A stretch of 64,000 nucleotides of DNA from Prorocentrum cordatum (lineage: Eukaryota). Made by a program: the position numbers and the translations under genes. Position 1 is the stretch's first letter. Each line of letters opens with the position of its first letter. The notes under the pieces are model-generated. The model was given only the letters and a program-made list of their open reading frames with translations, was not told the DNA's origin and searched no databases. Location of the stretch: contig CAUYUJ010000226.1 of NCBI GenBank assembly GCA_963575745.1, positions 372,001 through 436,000 of the forward strand. Reading direction: 5' to 3'. Below are positions 12,371-25,000 of the stretch, piece after piece.

Positions 12371-13933
12371 GATATCGCAGCAGGGGCCACGTGCTACCTG
12401 CCCGCTTGCACGGCCCCCTCTTTTTGTCTCACCACGTCCCCCGGCCCCTGGTCAGTCTGCGCACGGGGCCCGTGCCATGCGGCGAGACACTGGGCCAGGG
12501 GGGGGGGGGAGCGCGCCGCTCTTGGCGGCGCCCGCGAGGGGGCGGCGCGAGGGGGGGCGGCGCGAGGGGGGGCGGCTGCCCCGAAGGTCTTGGCCTCACA
12601 CCTCTTCCCAACGGGCGACGTTGTGCCCGCCTCGCCCGGCTGTGGGCATGGCGCAGGGTTGGGATCCGAGCAGGTTGGGGTCGAAGGATCGCTCCTTCTC
12701 TTCCTCCTCCTCCTCTTCCTCTTCCTCCTTCTCCTCCTCCTCCTCCTCCTCCTCCTCCTAGGTCCTAGGTCGAGAGGGGGAGGACGACGAGGGAGAAGTG
12801 AAAGGTCCGGCTCCGCATCGCCGATGCATCGACGGTGCGGCTCGATGTGGAGCCCGATTTTCCCCACGCCGCCGCCGCCGATGCATCGCTGACGTCGCCG
12901 ATGCATCGACGATGCATCGTCGATGCATCGGCGATACATCGGCGATCTGGTGCAATCCTCGTACCCCATCTGCCCGGTCCCAATCCTAGGAGGCGTCCTG
13001 ATGGTAGGGCCCAGGCCCCCGGTTGAGTGTTTGTTATATAATTTTTGTATGGTTTCGTGACGTCGGATCTCAGGGAATGTCGGGCGGGTTTCTCGGAAGG
13101 CGTGGGAGTTCCCGAGAATACCTTCTCAGAAGGCCTCGAGAGTTCCCTCCGAGGGCGTTCTCAGAAGGCCTCCCCAGAAGGCCGAGGAGGTCCCTCCCGA
13201 GAGGGCCTTCTCGGAAAGCGGGGGGCGGCCTTCTCAGAAGGAAGGGCCCCGTTCTCGAAGTCCCCGGAGGCTTCTTGGAGAAGGCTTCTTGGAAGTTTTG
13301 CGGGCTTTTCTCGGAAGTTGAAACATATTCATGGGTTTCCTCAATCCCACGATTTTTTGACGGTCGGGGACGACGTCGGGGTGGTGATGTGTATACTTCT
13401 CCCCCGCTTTCCAAGGGAAACAGCGAAACATGTACACACCAGGATCCCACATACACCAGGATCCGCGTTCCTGTGCGAATTTAAGCGCAGGGTCAGAAAA
13501 AGCGTCGGTGTATAGAGCCCGTTTCCCTATTTTCAAGAAGCCCCGCCGCCTCGGAAGGCCGCCCTCCCAGGGCCACCTCCTTGATCATCGAGAGCAGAGC
13601 GGCCCCTAACCCTAAGAGCACGCTGAAGACGTGGCCTCACTCAGGTCCCCATCTCCGCATCAGGGATGCTACATTTGGGCGGTTTGGTCTGATACATCTG
13701 CAGGAAAATACCCCTATGCCTAATGCTTCTGGTCCTCCGAACTTAGGCCCCCCCCCAAAGAGTTGGGGGTACTTTTATTGCTTATCGCCTGAGGGCGCCC
13801 CCAAAGTACGACTGCCAGCGACATCGGCCAGGCCACCCGCAGGTGCGCAAATGTGATCGCGCGTCGCGCGTCGCGGTCCGGAACGGAGAGTTGCCCTTCT
13901 CCAGGGCGGGGTGGCGCGGCGCGAATACAGCTA

Positions 13934-14111
13934 CTCCAGATTTCGTAATAAAAGGGAGGGGGTCTGGACCCTCCAAGACAAGCCATTTCAGACCTCCCCC
14001 GTGGGAGAACCCTCCAAAACATCGTCCCCAGACCCCCCAGGCCCTCCAAGATAGCCTGGAAGAGACCCCCCCCGAAATGAGACCTCCCTCACTTTATTAC
14101 GAAATCTGGAG
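13934..14111. mobile_element. ~178-bp MITE with TA flanks; copies 51144-51317 and 10713-10886 (inverted, truncated)
   Basis: TIR of about 30 bp beginning CTCCAGATTTCGTAATAAA; TA|...|TA flanks. Confidence 0.9.
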
Positions 14112-14511
14112 TACGCGTGGTACTTCGCGGTGCGCGATGCGCGAAGTTAGGCCACCTAGCTCAAGAGTGTGGCAGCATCGGGAGGTGGTGGTTCCGCTCG
14201 AGAGTCCTGCCGAAACGTGTTGGGGTTCCCTTCGGGATCCTGGCTGAAGCGTGCCCCCTGGAGATGTCCGGGGGGGGGCCGTCGCAGTCGGGGGCCCAGA
14301 CCCTCCCGCGCCCCGAGAAGCAAGAGGACGGACCATCTTCGGCCTCCTGGGGGGGGGGGGGGCCGTGCTGTGCCCCGGTCGGGTGCTGCTAGAAGTGCCC
14401 CTGGCCCAATTGGTGCCCCCAGGATCTCCAGGGAGGCCCTCACGGCCTCCAGAGCACCCCACGCGAGGCCCAGATGGCCCCAGTCACTCGCTCAAGCCAT
14501 GCGTCCAGCAG

Positions 14512-14557
14512 GGCGCGTCGGCACGACAACCACACTGGGCCACCAGATTGGCCCCAG
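14512..14557 (+). CDS. LRR gene micro-exon (G-RVGTTTTLGHQIGP-R)
   Basis: cag|G acceptor and CAG|gc donor. Phase 1 start and phase 2 end match both neighbouring exons; GHQIG resembles the LRR GNxIG motif. Confidence 0.55.
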
Positions 14558-15020
14558 GCGCTCCAAGATGGAGCGAAGAGCCGCTTGGCATCGCTCGGAC
14601 GTGTGCGTTTTTTCCTCGGCGAGGACCATCGAGGAGCATCCTTGATCATTTGGCGAAAAAGCCACGCACGAAACCAAAAAAAACACACGGAATGGACGTC
14701 CGAGCGATGGCGAGGCCGGGGGCACCTTGGGCCAGGGGCACCTTGAGCAGCACCCGCCGCAGGGCCGTCCCAGGACGGCTCGGGAGGGAAGGCCAGTCCC
14801 AGGGGAGGGGGCCCACGCCTCCACTTGTCGTCGTTCTCCGCTTCATTGTTTTTCTTCCTCCTCCCCCTCCTCCTCCTCCTCCTCCTCCTCTTCCTCCTCC
14901 TCCTCCCCCTCCTCCTCCTCCTCCTCCTCCTCCTCCTCGTCCTCCTCCTCCTCCTCCTCCTCCTCCTCCTCCTCCTCCTCCTCTCCTCCTCGGCGCACCC
15001 CCCTCCCTCCCCGACCCCAG

Positions 15021-15060
15021 GGAGCAGATCTTGGCCGTTCTGGGCGCGTGTTTCAAGCAG
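15021..15060 (+). CDS. LRR gene micro-exon (EQILAVLGACFKQ)
   Basis: ccccag|G acceptor after a CCT tract, CAG|gt donor, phase 2-0. Confidence 0.6.
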
Positions 15061-15392
15061 GTTGGGGTCTCCCCCGCGGGGCGGGCCGCTGCAAGCAGTC
15101 GCATGAAGCAGAGGTCCGAAGCCAGGCGTCCCCCCCCATTCCCCCCCCCGTCCGCCCAATGTCAAAACGCCGAATATCGGGGGCGGCAAAGAGGGGGTGA
15201 AGACTAGGGGGGGGTGGATATCATGGCGTGGGCTATTTCCCCAGATTTCATGGCGCCTCTTCTTGTTTCATTACGTCCCTGGCCCCCCCGCTGGGCCGTG
15301 CACATGGCCGCCGGCGCCGGTCATGATTTGCACCCCCCCCTCCTGGACACCCCCCTCTTGGCCGCTCCCGAGAATGAGAAAACGTTCACCAG

Positions 15393-15431
15393 GGCCCACG
15401 CCCTGCGCAAATCGCGATGTCGGGGCTCCAG
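15393..15431 (+). CDS. Possible LRR gene micro-exon (GPRPAQIAMSGLQ)
   Basis: ccag|G acceptor, CAG|gtgtgc donor, phase 0-0. Confidence 0.35.
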
Positions 15432-16260
15432 GTGTGCGGGACAGTGCACGTGAACCCCCCTGGCCTGGCCGATCCCAGGGCCCAGTCAGGAGGGAAAAAT
15501 ACACACAGACACAATGATTCGTCGATCCCCAGGAAAACATGGGAAAATATGGGAAGTGGTGGGGAAGACAGAAACCCAGAAAACATAGGAAAGTATGGGG
15601 AATCGTTTTATTTATGTGTATTTATTTGTGTGTCCCAGGGCTCCTTCTGGCCCAGGATGAGCCCAGCCGGGACCAGTCGAGGTGCATGTGCGATGCGTGC
15701 TGCCAGCGCGGGGCAGCGCTGTTATGTCACGTGGCATCTTCGGGGGACCTCGCCTGTCCTCCGACTTGGTATCTTCTCTTGTGCCCACGCGGGCTCGAGG
15801 CGGAGGCGACGCTGATGTGGCGCGGATTCGAGGCGGATTCGACACGGATGTGACAAGGATCCGGCGAGTCCGACATGGATTCGATGGGGATACGCCAGCA
15901 CGGAGTAAAATTCAGATCGCTGGACCCCGAGATTCGACGTCACAAACAAGATCATCGAAGACAGCCCGACGGGAGCACTGGACCACATCTCTCTGCTGTA
16001 TGTCTGGAGGCGGATCGATCCGTGGGGGTCTTGGGGCCCAAAGTAATTATAAAGAGCAGTCGTCCGTTGGGGAAAAAGTTGCGACGCCAGGATCTCATGG
16101 GAGCTCTGGGTCGGACGGGGCTAGGACGATGATCGATCCGTCCCAGAGCGTTCGGCAACTCTCTCAGAGCGTTCTGGAGCGCTCTGACGAGGCCGCGGCG
16201 CCCGAGACAGCCTCCAGAGCCGCCGGATCTCAGAGATTCCCGATTCCTCCTCACCCGGAG

Positions 16261-16382
16261 CGGTCCTCGCCCTCTGCTTTCCTTTACTGCGTGGCCATGG
16301 CTCCCTCCGGCAGAAGTTCGGGGACTCCGAGCTGATGCAGCTGGCCCGCAGCGCCGAGACCGACGCGCTGCCGCCCCTGGAG
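16261..16382 (+). CDS. LRR gene exon (...VLALCFPLLRGHGSLRQKFGDSELMQLARSAETDALPPLE); 5' boundary uncertain
   Basis: GAG|gctccg donor in phase 0. ALPPLE joins the next exon's ALVLSGS to form an LxxLxLxxS repeat. Confidence 0.55.
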
Positions 16383-17566
16383 GCTCCGGGGCCCCTGCGC
16401 GGGGCGGGCGTCTTCGGTGCGGTGCGGTGGGACCGGGGTAGTTCCAAGGTCGAGGCCGGCCCGGGGAGAGTACCCTGATGTTCGCCGTGCTTGTCTGATG
16501 TTCCTGTGCATCCTTCAGGAGCGAAAGAAGGACGTACACGTACATGAATCCACGCTGTTTTCGAGAGTTCGCATTGCACGATTGTCCGTATCACGCGGCA
16601 GGTCTCGCGGGTCAAGGGGCCGCGTTCGTGTACATAGCTGGGCGCGTACGTCCTTTGTGGGGTCCCTAATCCTGGGGGGTGGGGCGCCCTCGAAGGCTTC
16701 TCAGTTCAGTGGTTGGCCGGCGGAGGGCCCCGTGTTCTTGAAGGCTCAGGAGGGAAAGAAGCACACAGACACAAGTCATCCTCGATTCCCCAGGAGATAT
16801 GGGAAAATATGGGAAGTGGGAGGGGAAGACAGAGACCCAGAAAGTATGGGAAAATATGGGGAATATGTTGATTTGTGTGTGTATTTATTTGTGTGTCCTG
16901 GGGCCCCTTCAAAGGATGTCGTGCTTGTTGGCTGTTCTTGTGCATCCCGGGGGGCCTCGAAGCTTCCTCGGTGGTTGGCCAGCGGAGGGCCTCATGCTCT
17001 CGAGGGGCGTCGTGCTTGTTGGCTGCTCGCACCCTCGAAGCCTCCTCAGTGGTTTGCCGGCGGAGGGCCTCGTGTTCTCGAGGGCTACTCTTCCCTTCCT
17101 GGGTCGGGCCGCGAGCCAGACCACTGCGTTACGTTGCATCTTCGGGGGGCCTCGCCTGTCCCCCAAATTGGTGTCTCTTCTTGTGCCCCACGCGGGCTCG
17201 ATGCGGACTCGACGCGGACTTGGCGCGGACTCGACGCGGGTTCGACACGGATTCGACACGGATCCGACGAGTCCGACATGGATTCGACACGGATTCGTCT
17301 CGGACAGGGCCGCGACGGGACAGACAAGGTCCCCCGAGGATGCAGCAGACCACTGCGGCCGTGGGTCGAGACACTCTCGATGCTTCTCGGCCGCGCGCAG
17401 GCGGGGTACACCGAAGTCGGGCCTGCCCCTCCACAGAGGGAGTGTTCAGAGAAACAGTCCCAAACTAGTCTGGGGACGAACTTTTGGGATTCTTTCCGAG
17501 CGTGTTTGGGGTATTTTTCTTGCGCGAGCGTCTTTCCGGTCCCACTTCGGGCGTCCAGATCTACGA

Positions 17567-17761
17567 TCGGGGGCGGAAAAGAGGGGGGTGATGACTGGGG
17601 GGCGGTGGATATCATGGCGGGGGCCATGATTTTTCCCCAGATTTCATGGCGCCTCTTCTTGTTTCGTTACGTCCCTGGCCCCCCCGCTGGGCCGCGCACA
17701 TGCCGCCGGTCATGATTTGCACCCCCCCCTCTTGGACACCCCCCCTCTTGGCCGCTCCCGA
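17567..17761 (+). mobile_element. Family B ~195-bp MITE-like element (TCGGGGGCGG...CCGCTCCCGA), TSD TACGA; copies at 11319-11512, 15177-15371, 29840-30033
   Basis: Imperfect TIRs of about 22 bp; TSDs AAGAA, GAATA/GAATG, TACGA and GAAGC. Confidence 0.9.
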
Positions 17762-19368
17762 TACGAGGCAGCCTCCTTGCAGGACGCCTTCCCCCGTCCT
17801 CCCTACCCCTTCCTTTTGAAGCGCGCGCGGCCAGGAGGCTGCGGCCGTGGGTCCGGACGTGCTCCAGCCCTCGTTTCCTCTCCGGGGGCTCGGCGGCGGG
17901 AGGCGACGGGCTCGGCTGCGCGGATCCAAGAGATCCGCGCGGAGCGCCAAGAGTCTCAGGAGGGGAAAAACACACAGACACAATTAATCGTCGATTCCCA
18001 GAAAATATGGGAAAATATGGGAAGTGGGGGGGAAGGCAAAAACCCAGAAAATATGGGAAAATATGGGGGATATTTTTATTTGTGTGTATTTATTTGTGTG
18101 TCCCAGTTCCCCTTCACAGAGTTGCTGTTTATTGCGTTTTCTCTTCTTTCAGAGCGTGAATTACCTGCCCCGCTTTCGCTTCCAGGCAAAGCCAAGCCAT
18201 ACCACGCGCCTCCTCGTCAGGCGGCCTGACCAGTACATGCCGTAGTTTGGCATGGCTTGGTATCTCCTGGAAGCGAGGGTGGTCAAAAGCGAGGTAGGTT
18301 TATTTGTCTCCTATTTATGGCGTTTTCTCTTCTTCGAACACTGGCCCTTTCTGCCACGCTGCTTTCTTTTTCCTGCAGAGATCCGGCCTGCAGGCTTCCC
18401 GCGCGAGGCCGCGCGCGAGCATGCCTCTCTTCTCCGCGAATGGCGTGCCACGCCGGCAGCCCGCGTGAGCCGCGGCGTAAGGTTAAGCCGGGCGTGTCCC
18501 TCTACAGGGTGGGTCGTTAGAAATAGTCCAGACATGCTATGGGGACAATGTTTCGATGTTTTGACAGATTTTGTTTTTTTGCCGTTTCTTTTCAAAAAAC
18601 ACACATTTATATACACATATAACACAAAACAAACAAACGAAACAACGCCCAACATCCGCCTGTGGGGGGACATGCCCGCCTAAGCGCAGGGTCGCTATGC
18701 ATCTTTCGTAAGGCCCATCTCTTCGGGTCGCTCCGGTGGAGAGTTCGAAGCCCTGGTTGGCGCTGTGTGGCTTCTCGCATCACGCAAGCATGCACGCCGG
18801 TCGTTGAAAGCAGGTATTCTGAGATTCCCAGATCCAAATCTGCTTCAAGCGCCTTCCTACCTCAAGAACCGACATGCTGTTGCTGTGCTTGTTATTCTCT
18901 GGGAGGACCTGGACCCAATCCACTATATCCGCCTTCCTACTTCATGCTTCTCGTTCGCAGGCGATGTTTCTCCCCCAATCCCCGAGTTTCGCCCAAAAAG
19001 TTTGGCCGCTCAGAAAAATGGAAAAACCCTGGGATACACCCCAAGGGGGCTATTCGGACGCACCCCTATCGAGGATGGGCACCCCCCCATCGTATATCCC
19101 AGGGTTAGGCCTCAAATTTCTGGTCCATTCGGAAACCCCACGAAGCCTGGGATAGGGGTCGACATATCCCCTGCTTCTCGTGTGCTACTTCTGCCACATG
19201 TGGGTTCGCCGCCCGCCCCCCCCCCCCCCCGGGGGCGGCGACGCGCCCTCCCGCAGACGCCTTCTCGTGCGTAGGCTCGGCGGCGGGCGCTGCCTGGCCG
19301 TGCCGCCCAGGGCAAACGACGCACCGCCGCCCGCGTGTATCAAGAGGGGCAAAGCACACAGACACAGT

Positions 19369-20242
19369 TCAGAGCCCCGAATCATCAGGGGTAACTCTGG
19401 TCAGGGATAATTCGGGTTCGCTTTTCGGGAGTCCGAACCCGAGTTACCCCGGACCCGAGTTACCCCGGATACTTCGGGCGTCCAGAGCCCCCGAATCATC
19501 AGGGGTAACTCGGGTCAGGGCTAACTCGGGTTCGTTTTTCGGGAGTCCAAGCCCGAGTTACCCCGGACCCGAGTTACCCCGGATACTTCGGGCGTCCAGA
19601 GCCCCGAATCATCAGGGGTAACTCGGGTCAGGGCTAACTCGGGTTCGTTTTTCGGGAATCCAAACCCGAGTTACCCCGGACCCGAGTTACCCCGGATATT
19701 TTGGGCGTCCAGAGCCCCCGAATCATCAGGGGTAACTCGGGTCAGGGCTAACTCGGGTTCGTTTTTCGGGAATCCAAGCCCGAGTTACCCCGGACCCGAG
19801 TTACCCCGGATATTTCGGGCGTCCAGGGCCCCCGAATCATCAGGGGTAACTCGGGTCAGGGCTAACTCGGGTTCGCTTTTCGGGAATCCGAACCCGAGTT
19901 ACCCCGGACCCGAGTTACCCCGGATACTTCGGGCGTCCAGAGCCCCGGAATCATCAGGGATAACTCGGGTCAGGGATAACTCGGGTTCGTTTTTCGGGAA
20001 CCCAAGCCCGAGTTACCCCGGACCCGAGTTACCCCGGATACTTCGGGCGTCCAGAGCCCCGAATCATCAGGGGTAACTCGGGTCAGGGCTAACTCGGGTT
20101 CCTTTTCGGGAATCCAAACCCGAGTTACCCCGGACCCGAGTTACCCCGGATACTTCGGGCGTCCAGAGCCCAGAATCATCGGGAATCCTAAATCCCCGAG
20201 TTACCCCGGACCCGAGTTACCCCGGATAACTCGGGCGCCCAA
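19369..20242 (+). mobile_element. Family C tandem array: 7 full ~114-bp units plus one internally deleted unit, inserted in a diverged family A copy
   Basis: Unit starts at ~19370, 19483, 19597, 19710, 19824, 19938, 20052, 20164; flanked by ACAGT ... (G)ACAGT. Confidence 0.9.
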
Positions 20243-20914
20243 GACAGTTCAGCGTCGATCCCCACGAAAATATTGGAACATCTGGGAAGCGGGGGGGGTA
20301 GGCAAGACCCATACAGTTTGTGTGCTTGGGTCCCTTCTTGTATGCTTGTGCTATATTCCGAGGCGGGGATCAGTCTCCAGAGATCTCCGCAGGCGGTGGA
20401 CATGGATGCTTTCGGCCCCCCCGGGGCCAACCCCCACATCCGCGTCGAGCGCCCGCGAGGCCCCGGGGCGCGCGGGTTCCACGGGCGTCGGATCCGGTTG
20501 TGCTGCCCCCGCTTCGCTTTGTGCGTATGCTCTCGGCGGCATCCCTGGGGCGGAAGAAAAGAAGGGGCGCGCTTTCTCAGATGGCTCGGACATCCCCCGT
20601 CCTCCCGAGGAGGCTTCTGCGCTTTCTCGGAAGGACGGGGGGCTGCTGAGAATCCCCGCCGCCTTCTGAGAAGGCCTGGAGGAGGAGAAGGCCTGGAGGA
20701 GGAGGAGGAGGAGGAGGAGGAGGAGGAGGGGGAGGAGGAGGGTGACCCTTCTCGCTCCCCCGCTGGGCTCGCTGCCTATGTGTTGCTCGGCTCGTGCGAG
20801 TGCAGAGGGGGCGGGGGGGGGGGGGGGGCGCCTCCGTTCCAGGCTGCCCCCCCCCCCCCTGTCTCATCCCGGAGTTGCCCGTGGCGGCTCGGCCTGCCCT
20901 GGCTAGAGTTAATT

Positions 20915-21076
20915 CAGGCCTGTCCCTCTACAGGAGGGGGAAATTCAAAAATAGTAAAACATAGTCTGCATGGGGAGTATGTTTTAAGTCTTGTTGAGAA
21001 TTTTGGGAGTATTTTTTGAATACTTTGGAACAAAAAATCTCCCCAAATCCCCCTGTAGGGGGACAGGCCCGACTTA
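20915..21076. repeat. MITE-like repeat with GGCCTGTCCCTCTACAGG / CCTGTAGGGGGACAGGCC arms; copies ~18483-18683, 37305-37530, 56655-56816
   Basis: Terminal inverted repeats around an AT-rich core. Confidence 0.7.
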
Positions 21077-21367
21077 GGCTAGAGGCTCCTCCCCATCCTG
21101 ACCCGTTCCCGTCCTTCTGGTTGGCCCAAATGTGGGTCCAGCTGAACGGAGGTGGTGCAATAGATTTGTGGGGATGCAGTGGATTCGGGCCGTGCAACAC
21201 ATTCGGGTGTGCAATTGTATTGCTGGATGTTCGCGCATACATTAGCTGCAAACCAATGCAAAACAAGTATCTGGCGCAATGCATTTGCAATTTTGCCCCA
21301 CATGTGTTGCACCACCCCTTTCAGCTGGACCCCTTTTGTGGGTCAACCAAAGAGCTGCTCCCTCGTC

Positions 21368-21399
<32 letters not shown>

Positions 21400-21920
21400 T
21401 GTCCTCACCTCTTGGTCCTCCTCCTGTTGACGCTGGCCAGACTCTGAGCAGCCGGGGTCGCCGCATGCGTTTGGAAGCTGCACGGAACCTGAGCCGACCT
21501 GGCGCGGTGGCCTGCAGGTGAGACTTATGCGTAGCAAGAGGAACACCCGGCAGGTAAAAAGCGGCCCGCTGGCAACCGGGCATAGGGAGTTCGCCCACCT
21601 GGTCAGCGAGGGGCTGATGAAGATGGTGAAAATCTATGGATGGTAAGCATACCTAAATATGAATAGGTCGGTAGTAATGAGGAGGAGGAGGAGGAGGAGG
21701 AGGAGGAGGAGGAGGAGATGGAGGTGGTTCTGATCCACGGATAGTGATTCAGATCGTCCTCCTCCTTTCCCTCCTCCCCCTCCTCCTCCCCCTTTCTCCT
21801 CATCCCCCTGTGTCTCTGCCCCCCTCTGCTCTCCTCCTCCCTCCCGCGCCCCCAGGGGAGAGGCGCGCGGCACCCGGCGTGCCCTCCTGCGCCCCGGCCG
21901 ATTGGGGGGGCCCCCGAGAG

Positions 21921-22058
21921 GCCCTCGTCCTGAGCGGCAGCGCCTTCGGGTCCCGCGGCCTCCGGGCGCTCGGCGCCGCGCTGGCGCGGGGCAAGCTGCC
22001 GCGGCTGGACGAGCTCTGCATGGACGCGTGTGCGCGGCTCGACGACGACGCGCTGGAG
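21921..22058 (+). CDS. LRR gene exon (ALVLSGSAFGSRGLRALGAALARGKLPRLDELCMDACARLDDDALE)
   Basis: gag|G acceptor, GAG|gc donor, 138 nt, phase 0-0, clear RI-like LRR pattern. Confidence 0.8.
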
Positions 22059-25000
22059 GCTCGCGGTCCGCTTCCCCGAGTCCCAAACGAGGGGGGGCAT
22101 TTTCGGGTGTCCTGGGTTTTGACGGTGTTGCAATGGAGAGCGTGACGCTCCACACCCAAAATCGTTGGACGTCTTGGGGTCCCAGGGTTGGGCTTCTTAC
22201 GGAAGGTTTCTTGTGGTCGAGCTCCTATTGCATATAATGATGTAAGCTAATATTACGTGCAACGATGGTGCAATACTTTGAGAATGCGAGTGATGCGTTG
22301 CATCATGGCCTCCGCAGACCTGCCTCTCGCTCCGCAGGGTGCACGTCCACAGCACGTACAGACAGGGCGCTGGGTGGTTTGCCCTGCTCGTCTGCCGCGC
22401 TGTTCTGCCGTGTCTTTCTGGCCAGTGGGCGTTGCCAGCGCCCCCCCCCCCCCACACACGTTTCAGCGCCAGGACGAGCGTAGCAACAACGCGACATTCG
22501 GAAACAACTCCGCCAGCTTATTGGTGGTTTATTCAGGCCGTTTGGGGGGGGGGGACTCGGGAGCCTCTTGGGGGCTTCCCGGCGGCCTCTGGGGGCCTCT
22601 TTGGGGGATCTCTGGGAACTCCTGTTCGGACCTCCTAGGGACGTCTAGGGTCGTCTTGGGGCGCTCTTGCGCCGTCTGACCCCTTTCGGAGGCCGTCTGG
22701 GAGGCAACTCGGGGCCGCCTTGGGGCTTTCTTGGAGTCTTGTTTAGCCGTCTTGGAGGCCTCTCGGGCGGTCATGGGGGCCTTTTTAGGCCATCTTGGGG
22801 CCCTCCTGGGCCGTCTTGGGGCCCCCTTGGGGGCGTCTGGGGCCGTCTGGGGGCCATCCAAGATTTTCTTGGGCCAACATGTGCCCCCGAGTTTTGAAAA
22901 AAGGCGAGAACGCTAAAATCATTCAAGAACCGATGGACAATTCTTCACGTTCCGCGTATCCCCACCAGCCCATTCACAGACCCTGCCCTAGAGAGTTGAC
23001 AGGATGGAGTCGAAGTGACATATGTAGTGAAATAGAGCGGGCTACCATTGTGAACAGAGAAATTTTTGGGAGCAAGGGGGTGGCAAGGGTGTGGCCTTGG
23101 AGGGCATCTTTGGGCTATCCCTGGGGCCCGCGTGGGGGCGAGGGAAGGAGGAGCAGGAGGAAGAAGACGACGACGACGACGACGACGACGACGACCGCTA
23201 CGACGACGACGGCGGCGACGACGACGACGGCGACCACGACGACAAGGAGGAAGAGGAGGAGAAGGACATGGAAGACGATCAGGGCAAGGGCGAGGACGAG
23301 GACGAGGACGAGGAGGAGGACATCGAGGACGACAACAAAGCCTTCAACATCGCCTCTCGGAGCCTTCTTGGGACTCTGTGGGCCCTCCCGCGGGGCTCTT
23401 TGCGGAGGTCTTTGGGGCCCTCTTGAGACCTTCTTTTGAGGCTCTCTCGGGGGCCTCTTGCGAGCCCTTGAGGGCTTCTTGGGGCTCTCGTGGAGGGCGT
23501 CGGTGCACAAAAGAGGGGTCGTAACGTTTGCCCCCCCACCCTCTCAGGGCCGTCTGGGGGGCCTCTTGGGTACCTCTTGGGCTATCTTGGGGCCAACTGG
23601 AGGCTTCGAAAACACATCGGAAGCGAAAAGGAGAGAATTCACAACTCTAGGTTTTCTTTCTAGGCTTTTGAATGATTGTTGACTCTTGGAGGGGGTGCTA
23701 TCGTGTACCATCTTCGGCTATCTCGAGCCGCCTTACATGCCATCTTGGCGCATCGGAGGCCCGCTTGGAGCCATCCTGCACAATCTTTGACGGCATAACG
23801 CGTCGCGACCCGCCCCGAACAAATCTTCAGGGAGGGAGGGTAGGTAAATTTTCTGTAAGGGCAGAGGTTCTTGGAAAAGGAAAGAACACATGGTTAGACT
23901 TCCTTAGCCCAAAGGGATGGTGGGATTGTGGTTTTTGGCATCTGAACGAAACGCTCTGTTTGGGGTCCACATGGGGCCATGTTGGTCCGTCTTGGGGGCC
24001 TCTCGGGTCCTCTCGGGGCCATCTTAGGCCGTCGTGTGCCGTCTTGGGCCGTTTGGAGGCAATGTTGGGCTATATTGCGACCATCTTGAGCCGTCTCAAG
24101 ACCCTCTGGGAAGCCCAAGAGGCATAAGGGGCGATCATCGATGTTCCATCGGTGTTTGTAGGTATTGAGGCCCAGAAGGTGTCCTCCACCCTTGGGTTGG
24201 TGAATGTGGCGTGGCCTCAGGGGGGGGGTCTAGGGGGGTTACATCATACTACGAATGAGAAGAATATGGTCAGGAATTCTGCAAACTATAACAATGTGTC
24301 GCAAACCTGCAACACAGGGATGCGCTGGAATTGTACAATAAGTGGATGTCGTGGATACGTTTCATTACAGCATTCGCAGACCTTCCTCTGGCAACACGTC
24401 ACTTCCAGACGTGGACTCCATTCGCCACAGTCCAGTCGTTGGGGAGCCTCTTGGACCGTCGTGGGGCCTCTCTGGGCCATATATGTGCCCTCTTTGGTCG
24501 TCTTGAGCCCCTCTGGGGGGTCTTTAGGGCCGTTTTGGGGCTATCTTGGAGGCTGCTTGAGCCGTTAGGGGCTTCTGAGAGCAGAAAACAAGTGAGAACG
24601 CACCAATCCTTGAAAAACTCGAGAAAAACCAATGATGTTTCTCTTCTTGGCCTCTGGAGGCGCTCTTCTTGGGTCCTCTAGGGGCCATCTTGGGCTGTCT
24701 TGGGGCCCTCTTGGGCCGTGTTTAGGCCGTCGTGAGCCGTCTGGAGGCTTTCTTCTCGACACCCCTAGAGGCCCAAGAGGCTGAGATCGTACACTGCCAC
24801 AGGTTTCTGCTAGTGCCTGGGCCCCACACGCGGGGGGGAAGGGGGGGCACCCAGGCCGGCGGAAGTGGCGTGGCCTCTTGGGAGGGTGGGAGGGGGGACT
24901 TCAGAATGACGCAACAGCATACAGTCGGTGCGCTGAAGAAGGAATCCTTTTCGTTGTGGAGGGGCTCCGTGCTCCTTAATTGTTTCACAGCTTGCCTCAG

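Noticed and set aside
19369..20242. CRISPR-like array
   Set aside because: Whole ~114-bp units are repeated; there are no unique spacers, no cas genes, and the context is eukaryotic.
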